Source: Candidatus Sericytochromatia bacterium (GTDB lineage Bacteria > Cyanobacteriota > Sericytochromatia > S15B-MN24 > VGJW01). From it: 14,597 nt of DNA. Location of the stretch: assembly GCA_035285865.1 (NCBI GenBank), contig JAYKHS010000023.1, positions 1-14,597 of the forward strand, written 5' to 3'. Shown here in pieces: positions 7,864 to 14,597 of the stretch (positions within the stretch are counted from its first letter, which is position 1; the number at the start of each line of letters is the position of its first letter). The notes under the pieces are model-generated. The model did not search any database. It saw nothing but the letters and a program-made list of their open reading frames with translations, and had not been told where the DNA came from. The position numbers were made by a program, and so were the translations under genes.

Positions 7864-7888
7864 GTTAAGCCGATGGCCAGATGGGTAC
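7864..7888 (+). promoter_or_regulatory. Putative SigB/SigF-type promoter GTTAA-N14-GGGTAC
   Basis: GTTAA gccgatggccagat GGGTAC in the intergenic region, 41 nt upstream of TTG 7930. Resembles the B. subtilis SigB consensus GTTTAA-N12-14-GGGTAT. Confidence 0.5.
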
Positions 7889-7929
7889 ATCGCAAGCAAG
7901 GACGCCCTTGTCGGGTGCGGGGGAATGCA

Positions 7930-8967
7930 TTGGGAACCGATCTTCGCTACGGCCTGATCAATACCTTCTCGGTCATTGACCGGTTCAGGCAGAACGTCCT
8001 GTTCAACCTTCAGGGTGCGGTCTCCGCGGGCTTCAACCGCAAGAACACCCAGCTCACGGTATCCAGCAGTCTCACGAGCATCTCCGACGCTGCCTCGGGC
8101 GGCAGCAACCGGGCCTCTCGCGTAGGCATCCGCGGCGGTCCCAGCGAACTGCGCATCTCGGCCGTGGGTATCGACTTCCTGCAGGGCGGTCTTTCCCAGA
8201 AGGTCGGGAAGTACACGAACATCGCCATCAACGACAAGGCTCAGGGCCACTTCTTTGCCGTGGCCGAGTCCCTGCGCCCGGGCGCACGGGTTCTGCTGAC
8301 CCGCGACGGCGAGTTCCAATGGGAAGAGCAGAAGGACGGCGCCAGCAGGTCGGCCAATCGCCTGTGGCTGCTCAAGAACTCGCGTAACCTCTATGTGCTT
8401 CGCGCCCAGGACATCGAGTCCGATCCGACCAAGCCGGGCTTCTTCCGGGTCAAGGAACTGCCACCCGGCGAACAGGCCGGCATGATGACCTCGACCTCCT
8501 ACCAGCGCGATGCCACGCTCGCAGGACCGGCGGGCAGCGACCCCAAGACCGACGCCCTGCAGTGGGAACCGGATCGGCTGCGCGGCATCATCGGCTTCAC
8601 CGGGGATCCCTTCGACATGACGCCTGCCGAGCGCTCGAGCCCGCTGAACAACAACTCGGCTCTGGCCATCGTCAAGGTTCCCAGTCAGGGCACGCTTTCG
8701 GAATCGGCCTTCGGTGGGTCCATCTACGAGACGAACATCTCCAACCGGGCCGGAATCACCATCGAAAGCTACGCCGTACGCCGCGCCAGGAGCTCCGACG
8801 GCTTCCTAGAAGTGCAGAGCGAGACGCTCGAACAGCCCGACTTCAACAGCATCGAACGAGAGAGCAACATCACGCTCGACGTCGCCAACTTCGTCTACAA
8901 GAACCTCACGAAGATGCTGGACGACTACAACAACTCGATCGACCAGCTGATCAATCTGGTGAAGTAG
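7930..8967 (+). CDS. Divergent flagellar basal-body rod/hook-like protein (FlgG/FlgF/FlgE family), ~345 aa
   Basis: NVLFNLQGAVSAGFNR resembles IANNLANxxTxGFK; IDFLQGGL resembles DFSQGSL; NIAI...GHFFAV...LLTRDGEF resembles DLAIxGxGFFxV...YTRDGxF; the C-terminal LEQPDF...YKNLTKML...DQLINL resembles the LExSNV...Y..N.K...D..L helix. TTG start with a G-rich ribosome-binding site is inferred. Confidence 0.7.
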   Translation: MGTDLRYGLINTFSVIDRFRQNVLFNLQGAVSAGFNRKNTQLTVSSSLTSISDAASGGSNRASRVGIRGGPSELRISAVGIDFLQGGLSQKVGKYTNIAINDKAQGHFFAVAESLRPGARVLLTRDGEFQWEEQKDGASRSANRLWLLKNSRNLYVLRAQDIESDPTKPGFFRVKELPPGEQAGMMTSTSYQRDATLAGPAGSDPKTDALQWEPDRLRGIIGFTGDPFDMTPAERSSPLNNNSALAIVKVPSQGTLSESAFGGSIYETNISNRAGITIESYAVRRARSSDGFLEVQSETLEQPDFNSIERESNITLDVANFVYKNLTKMLDDYNNSIDQLINLVK

Positions 8968-8970
8968 CGC

Positions 8971-9819
8971 TCAGGGCGTAGCCAGACGCTCCAGACGCCG
9001 AATCCGCTCATCCATCGGCGGATGCGTGCGGAAGAGGTTCTCGAACCATGCGCCGGCACGAAGCGGATCGACGATGTAGAGGTGGGCCGAGGACGGCGAC
9101 ACGTGCGCCATCGGGGAACGCACGGCTTCCCGTTCGAGGCGCGCCAGCGCATCTGCGAGGGCCAGTGGCTGTCCCGTCATCCGGGCTGCACTGGCATCGG
9201 CCTCGAATTCTCGGGTCCGGGAAACGGCCATGCGCACGAGGAGCGCCGCGAAGGGCAAGAGCAGGGCCAGCAGGAGACCGGCCCAGGGGGATGGCTGGTC
9301 TTCATCGCCACGCCCTCCGCCGAGCAACGCTCCCCATCGCGCCATGTCCGCGAGAAAGCCGATGGCTGCCGCCAGAGATGCCGCCAAGGCCATGGCGAGG
9401 GTGTCGCGATTGCGGATATGAGCCAACTCATGGGCCAGTACGCCGCGCAATGCATCAGGCGGAAGCGTCCGCAACAGCCCTTCCGTCACGGCGACCACGG
9501 CGTGCGCGGGATCGCGCCCGGTCGCGAAAGCATTGGGTGCGTCCTCAGGAATCAGGTAGACCGCCGGCATCGGCATCCCTTCACGCGCCGCAAGCTGTGC
9601 CAGCAAGTCGTGGACGCCCGGAGCCTCCTCGGGGGACAAGGGCACGGCGCTACTCGTGGCAAGGACCAACCTGTCCGAGAACCACCAGCCCCCCAGGTTC
9701 AGGGCCACCGCAAGCAATGTGGCCCATGCAGCGCCCTGGCTGCCTCCAAGCGCGCGGCCGGCCACGACTAGCAGGCCGGACAGCAGGACGAGCAGGCTCA
9801 GGGTCTTGAGCTGGTTCAC
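8971..9819 (-). CDS. htpX: Zinc metalloprotease HtpX (peptidase M48)
   Basis: MNQLKT start, PNAFATGRDPxHAVVAVTEGL, HELAH zinc motif, SRTREFEAD, LFRTHPP..ERIRRL. GGAGG lies 8 nt before GTG 9819. Confidence 0.93.
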   Translation of the reverse strand: MNQLKTLSLLVLLSGLLVVAGRALGGSQGAAWATLLAVALNLGGWWFSDRLVLATSSAVPLSPEEAPGVHDLLAQLAAREGMPMPAVYLIPEDAPNAFATGRDPAHAVVAVTEGLLRTLPPDALRGVLAHELAHIRNRDTLAMALAASLAAAIGFLADMARWGALLGGGRGDEDQPSPWAGLLLALLLPFAALLVRMAVSRTREFEADASAARMTGQPLALADALARLEREAVRSPMAHVSPSSAHLYIVDPLRAGAWFENLFRTHPPMDERIRRLERLATP

Positions 9820-9890
9820 GACGAAGTCCTCCGTCATGAGGACGCTGGGAAGAGCGTCCGGGTTTCAGGGCGTCGGGCGACGCCATGTGC

Positions 9891-10673
9891 TCACGCCTGC
9901 CGCAGGAGGGCAATCGTCTCGCGCACGGCAGGTTCGAGGCCGACCTCGAGCGCCCGCGAGAACACCGCATGGCCCACATGGACCTCCTCGAGACCGGGAA
10001 CCGTCGCCAGGTCCGGCAAGGCGGCCAGAGCAAGCCCGCGACCGGCCGCGACACCGAGGCCGCGATCGGTCGCGACGGTGGCGGCCGAGGCCAGCTGACC
10101 CAGCGCGTGCGCGGGGTGTCCACCGCCCTTGAGGAAGCGCCCCTCCTGGAGGGCCTCGGCGTCGTCGGGCGGAGTCCAACCGGGGCGCAGGACCGTCCGC
10201 GCGTAAGCCGACGCATCCAGTTCGACACCATCCAGGCCCAGATCGGACGCTGCCAGCACCTGACCGGGATCAGGCGCCACGAAGGCCACGATACGGATGC
10301 CCACTTCGCGAAGCCGTGCGGCTACCGGCGCAATGGCCTCGCCATCCTCGAGCAGGTCCAAGGCAGGACCTGCCGCCGCATGCAGTGCCTCCTCGGGAAC
10401 GAGCGTGACCTGGTCGGGTTGCAGAAAAAGCAGATCCTCGAGCCGACCCCCGAAGGGTGAAGCCTCGATGTTGAAGTGACCGCGGAGCACTGATCGGAGC
10501 AGCCTGAGGTCGCGGGTGCTGACGGCAGAGGCCCGGGAAGCCAGCGAAACGCTGATGCCGTCGGCCCCGCCCGACTCCGCGCGAAGAGCAAGCGCCACAG
10601 GGTCGGGGTCGCGCCCCCCACGCATCGCGCGGGCAGCCACGAAGCCGTCCAGATGCACGGAGAGGCGCATCAT
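9891..10673 (-). CDS. pdxJ: PdxJ (pyridoxine 5'-phosphate synthase)-like protein with a degenerate active site
   Basis: Scaffold motifs PDPV, GADGI, RDLRLLR, FNIE, PDQVTLVPE, VEL, AGxGL, VGHAVFSRAL and AVRE are present. Many catalytic residues are substituted (see findings), so the symbol marks homology, not function. Confidence 0.75.
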   Translation of the reverse strand: MMRLSVHLDGFVAARAMRGGRDPDPVALALRAESGGADGISVSLASRASAVSTRDLRLLRSVLRGHFNIEASPFGGRLEDLLFLQPDQVTLVPEEALHAAAGPALDLLEDGEAIAPVAARLREVGIRIVAFVAPDPGQVLAASDLGLDGVELDASAYARTVLRPGWTPPDDAEALQEGRFLKGGGHPAHALGQLASAATVATDRGLGVAAGRGLALAALPDLATVPGLEEVHVGHAVFSRALEVGLEPAVRETIALLRQA

Positions 10674-13600
10674 CGAGCAGGCTCTCCCATCAGGTCGAGG
10701 GCACAGCGAACCTCGAGCGCGAGCTCACTGTCATTGTCGAGCAACCCGTGGGCCCGAACGAGGTGCGCGCGGGCCTCCTCGGTCCGCGCTTCGCTCAATA
10801 GACCGAAGCCCAGGCGCGCAAGAGCCTCGGGCTCGTCCGGATTGAGCACCAGAGCCTGTCCCCACGCCGCCATGGCCTCATCCTGCTGGCCTTGCCCGGC
10901 ACAGATGCGGCCCAGCGTCACGTGGTAGCGGGGGACCGCACCATGGACCACGGCATTGGTCGCGGCACGACGGGCCTCCTCGTGCTGCCCGAGATCGTGC
11001 AGCAGGCGGGCCAGCTCGTGCCAGCCCTCCGCGTGCCGTGGATTGCGGGCCACGAGATCACGATAGGTCTCGAGGGATGCGCGCTTCTCGAGGCGAGCCT
11101 CGAAGGCTTGGGCAAGATCGAACATGGCCTCCGGATCATCCGGCACGACGTCGAGGATGGCTTGTGCCCAATGGACAACCTCTCCGGGCTCTTCTCGCTC
11201 GCGTGCAATCCGGGACAACGCACGCAGCGAGGGCAGGTCACCGGGGCTCACCGCCACCACGCGCTTGAGGGCGGCCTCGGCACGCTGGGGGTGACCGACC
11301 TGCTTGTAGACATCCGCCAGGCGATGGCAGAGGGCCACATCATCCGGCTTGAGATCCACGGCCTTCTCGAGGCTATCGGCGGCCCCGAGCAGATCACCCA
11401 TGACGAGTCGGGCCTCGCCCACGGCGCGAAGCACCTCCGGATCACGCGGATGCTGGCGCATGACCAGCTGCCACCACTGATGGGCGGAGCGGGCATCACC
11501 GTGGGCCATGCACGTCCTGCCGAAGTGCCGGGCCAGAGTCGAGAAGAGCTCGAGTCCGCGCGGATGACGGCTCTCCCGCCGCAGCAGCTCCTGCAGATGC
11601 TCCCAGGCAGTGTCGGCCTCGCCATCACGCCAAGCCGCCTCGGCAAGCCCCAGCAGCGCGCCGCTCCGAGCATTGCCTCGGCCCACAAGGGCCGCGAAAC
11701 GCTCGCGCGCTGCCGCCACGAGGCCCCGATCGAGATCGAGCCAGGCACGTTCCTCGAGGGTCGCAAGATCCTCGGGGTCGAGCGAGAGCGCGCGAGAAAG
11801 CGATGCTTCGGCCTCGTCGTAACGTGCCTCGGCGCGTGCCAGCGCCCCAAGGGCACGGTAGGCCTCCATGTCCTGCGACACGATCCTGAGTAGCGCCTGC
11901 CAGGCCTCCCGAGCCGCTTCAGGGCGGGCCTCGAGAGTGGCGGCCCGCGCCAGACGCCGACAGACTTCGGCCCCGAGCGTCATGGCCCGGGCATGCGCAG
12001 GGCGCCGCGTCAGCACTCTGTCCAGATGCACCCACGCCACGGCGTCCTGTCCCTGTCGCACGGCCATTTCTGCGGCGGAAAGCCAATCCTCCTCGGGCTG
12101 GTCCGAGACCTCGGCGGCCGCAAGAACAGCGTCCATCGCCTCGCCTACCCGCCCACCCCGCTCGAGCAGGGCAGCCAGCGCACGATGGGCACGCGCCATG
12201 CCCGGCTCCCGCTCAAGAACTCCGCGAATGATGTCGACGGCCTCCGCCGGCTGCTCGACGGCTATCAGGACGGCCAGCTCGAGCCACCCGGCATCATCAC
12301 GCTGATGGCGCGCCAGCCAGGGACGCAACAGGGCCTCGGCCTCGGCGACGCGTCCTTCCCGACCGTGCAGGGCGGCCAGTTCGAAAACCGCTTCCCGATC
12401 CTGCGGCGCAAGCGCCATCTGGACCTGCCTGTAGACGAGCGCGGAGGCCGCATCTCCATCGAGATCGGCTGCCTGAGCCATCTCGCGTGCGATGCCGCCG
12501 GCCACCCGTCGAGCCTCGGGATGGGCACCATGTGCGTCCAGCAACCGCTGCGCCACCACCCAACCCGAGTCGAGCCTTCCGGCATCCAGACAGACACCGG
12601 CAACAGCGACCAGAGCCTCGCGCTCGAGTTCCGGATCGCCCTCCGCTTCGGCGAGCACGCGCTCGCTGAGCACCAAGGCGTCCTCCGTCCGACCCGACCT
12701 GGCCAGCCACATCATCTCGATGCGACGCTGCACCCCCGAATCGCCGTCCAAAGACCGCATCTGCTCGAGGACACGCCCCGCCGCGACCTGACCGCCGGCA
12801 GCCATCATCCCCAGGCAGACCACCCGCAGCCTGTCGGCACGATCCGCGACAAGTGGCGCGAGTTCTTCCCACTGACGTACGGCCGCCTCATGCCGACCCG
12901 CACCTGAGAGTTCCTCCGCCCGGCTTCGGCCCGCTTCCCATGCCAGCTCCACGGCCGAAAGCGAGCGCGGATGCCTGGCCAGGACCCGCCCCGTCCAGAG
13001 CCATGCTCCCGCGGCGTCTCCGCGCGTCAGCGCCTGTTCGGCAAGCGCGCAGCCCACGCGCTCCGTGCCGTGGGCCGCGTGATGGTCCTCCCAGAGACCG
13101 AGTGCCTCCTCATTGCGACCCGCAGTCAGCAGGGCCCGGCCGAGCGCCACGACGGCCTCCGCATCCTCCGGACGATCCTCATGCAGGACCCGCAGCATGT
13201 CGAGTGCCTCGTCGGCGAGGCCGAGGGCAAGGCCGAGTCGCGCAGCCGAGGCGAAGGACTCGCGGTCATCCGGCAGCAGACGACCGACCTTGAGCCACGT
13301 CTCGCGGGCCGTCCGCAAATCGCCGGCCGCCTCCGCATGGGCTGCCTGCCAACGCAGGACGTCCACGAACGCACGACGCAGCATGGCTTCGGAGAGCCCA
13401 CGGGCCTCCGCGTGACCCCACGCCTCGTCCACGGCATCGGCGACGCTCGGCCCGGCGAGATCCTGCCGGTCCAGACGCCGGATGAGCTGAAGGGCAGCCC
13501 ACGCTGCCTCGCGCTCGGGACGACCCTCGATGGCGGCCTGCCGTTGGTCCAGGCGATCCAGCCAGGGGCGCGCCGACTCGAGATCACCAGTAGCGAACGC

Positions 13601-14476
13601 CAGACGAGCCGCCGCAAGGGCATTCTCGACCGTCTCCACCGGATCGGCAGGAGTCGACTCGAGGCGTTCGCGCAGGGCGAGGGCCGTCCGCAGGTCTCCC
13701 AATTTCTCGAAAGCCTCGGCCGCGGCAAGTCCCAGCAGACGCTCGCCGGGCAGGGCATCCCACAAGTCCCTGAGGACGGCCGCCTCCACTTCGCCATCGC
13801 CCGCCCGTCGCGCCGCATCCAGAGCGAGGCGCAACAGCGCCGGGAACTGGAGGCCGATGGCGGCCACGCGCGTCCGCAGCCGCAGAATTTCGACATCCCG
13901 ACCTTCCAGGCGCGCACCCTCGGCCTGCTTGAGGACCGCGTGCTCCAGCAGGGCACGTTCCTCCTCCGTCAGACGGCCTTCGCGCCCCATGGCGAGCACG
14001 GCCTCGATGACCGTCCCATGGTCCTGAATCGCCGCCCCGAGCCTTGCTTCGGCCAGTCTGAGTCCTTCGGCCCTCGGGTCACGCTCGCGCGCCGTCCCCA
14101 GGGCACGATGCGCGTCATCGTGGCGGCCGGCCATCTGCAAGGCTTCGGCCTCACGGATGGGCCAGCGTGCCGACTCCGGCTCCATCCGCGCCAGCTCGCC
14201 ATAAAGACGGGCCGCATCGACAGGACGTTCCATCACCAGCAGCAAATCGGCGTAAGCAGCGCGTGCCTCGCGATCCGTCGGTCGGAGCAGAAGGAGACGA
14301 TGCAGCCAGATGGCGCGCTCCGCATCGGGCCCGGCGGCACCGGCAGCTTCACGCGCCAGCTCCGCCATCGCTGTCCCTGTTTCCGGGTCATCGGGCTGCA
14401 GCGCATCCAGTCGCTGGAGTGCCGCCCAGCCTTCGGCAAGGCGCCCTGTGGCCCGCAGCGCGCGTGCCAGCAGCAT
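10670..14476 (-). CDS. Giant tetratricopeptide-repeat protein (>=1268 aa), probably 5'-truncated
   Basis: Ala/Leu/Arg-rich helical repeats with TPR signatures throughout, e.g. LEKAVDLKPDD, ALVLNPDEPEALARLG, RALSLDPED. The frame stays TPR-like upstream of ATG 14476 (ALQGYPDAL-MLLARAL) and no ribosome-binding site is evident. Confidence 0.88.
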   Translation of the reverse strand: MLLARALRATGRLAEGWAALQRLDALQPDDPETGTAMAELAREAAGAAGPDAERAIWLHRLLLLRPTDREARAAYADLLLVMERPVDAARLYGELARMEPESARWPIREAEALQMAGRHDDAHRALGTARERDPRAEGLRLAEARLGAAIQDHGTVIEAVLAMGREGRLTEEERALLEHAVLKQAEGARLEGRDVEILRLRTRVAAIGLQFPALLRLALDAARRAGDGEVEAAVLRDLWDALPGERLLGLAAAEAFEKLGDLRTALALRERLESTPADPVETVENALAAARLAFATGDLESARPWLDRLDQRQAAIEGRPEREAAWAALQLIRRLDRQDLAGPSVADAVDEAWGHAEARGLSEAMLRRAFVDVLRWQAAHAEAAGDLRTARETWLKVGRLLPDDRESFASAARLGLALGLADEALDMLRVLHEDRPEDAEAVVALGRALLTAGRNEEALGLWEDHHAAHGTERVGCALAEQALTRGDAAGAWLWTGRVLARHPRSLSAVELAWEAGRSRAEELSGAGRHEAAVRQWEELAPLVADRADRLRVVCLGMMAAGGQVAAGRVLEQMRSLDGDSGVQRRIEMMWLARSGRTEDALVLSERVLAEAEGDPELEREALVAVAGVCLDAGRLDSGWVVAQRLLDAHGAHPEARRVAGGIAREMAQAADLDGDAASALVYRQVQMALAPQDREAVFELAALHGREGRVAEAEALLRPWLARHQRDDAGWLELAVLIAVEQPAEAVDIIRGVLEREPGMARAHRALAALLERGGRVGEAMDAVLAAAEVSDQPEEDWLSAAEMAVRQGQDAVAWVHLDRVLTRRPAHARAMTLGAEVCRRLARAATLEARPEAAREAWQALLRIVSQDMEAYRALGALARAEARYDEAEASLSRALSLDPEDLATLEERAWLDLDRGLVAAARERFAALVGRGNARSGALLGLAEAAWRDGEADTAWEHLQELLRRESRHPRGLELFSTLARHFGRTCMAHGDARSAHQWWQLVMRQHPRDPEVLRAVGEARLVMGDLLGAADSLEKAVDLKPDDVALCHRLADVYKQVGHPQRAEAALKRVVAVSPGDLPSLRALSRIAREREEPGEVVHWAQAILDVVPDDPEAMFDLAQAFEARLEKRASLETYRDLVARNPRHAEGWHELARLLHDLGQHEEARRAATNAVVHGAVPRYHVTLGRICAGQGQQDEAMAAWGQALVLNPDEPEALARLGFGLLSEARTEEARAHLVRAHGLLDNDSELALEVRCALDLMGEPAR

Positions 14477-14512
14477 CAGCGCGTCCGGGTAGCCCTGCAG
14501 CGCGGCTCCGAG

Positions 14513-14597
14513 ACCTTCCAGGCAGTGGTCAGAATCGAGATCGACAAGCGCTATCAGTTTCCCAAAGACAGCTCAGCAAAAATTCTCACCGCAGGCC
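14513..14597 (+). other. mlaD: Internal fragment of an mlaD-like (MCE family) gene
   Basis: Translates as TFQAVVRIEIDKRYQFPKDSSAKILTAG, matching the MlaD segment just before GLLGEQY. There is no start codon or N-terminal MlaD part upstream, and the DNA is visibly more AT-rich than the rest of the window. Confidence 0.75.

Noticed and set aside
7860..7890. FliA (sigma-28) promoter for the rod-like gene (TTAA and GCCGAT both present)
   Set aside because: The two boxes are adjacent, not about 15 nt apart; the GTTAA-N14-GGGTAC reading fits better.
53..14492. Many long overlapping or antisense ORFs (e.g. 1850..3838 +, 5685..7763 -, 3082..4329 -, 53..988 +, 10892..11893 +)
   Set aside because: They shadow well-supported genes, have Arg/Pro/Gly-rich composition with no motifs, and are expected in high-GC DNA.
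1..14597. CRISPR arrays, tRNA/rRNA genes, transposases, integrases or defence genes
   Set aside because: No repeat-spacer structure, RNA gene signatures or mobile-element motifs were seen; intergenic gaps are all short.

Overview
GC-rich bacterial chromosomal window with about 12 real genes; most other ORFs in the track are GC-rich shadow frames. In order: the 5' end of a Tat-exported protein and a pentaheme cytochrome c (start of an alternative complex III/Qrc-type operon, - strand); an SDR oxidoreductase (-); a 69-aa membrane protein (+); an aldehyde dehydrogenase (-); queG (+); an unknown 100-aa protein (+); an unknown coiled-coil protein with a MinD-like C-terminal tail (-); an IPT/Ig/NHL surface lipoprotein (+); an isolated, very divergent flagellar rod/hook-like (FlgG/FlgF/FlgE family) gene (+); and a - strand cluster of a giant TPR protein, a PdxJ-like protein and HtpX. 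Main points of interest: (1) the PdxJ homolog has lost most catalytic residues and is translationally coupled to the TPR gene; (2) the rod-like gene and the coiled-coil gene share an identical GTTAA-N14-GGGTAC (SigB/SigF-like) motif; (3) three genes look leaderless; (4) competing hairpins cover the htpX ribosome-binding site; (5) the last ~85 bp are an mlaD fragment that truncates the TPR gene, probably a chimeric junction. All family assignments come from motif recognition by eye; no database searches were run.
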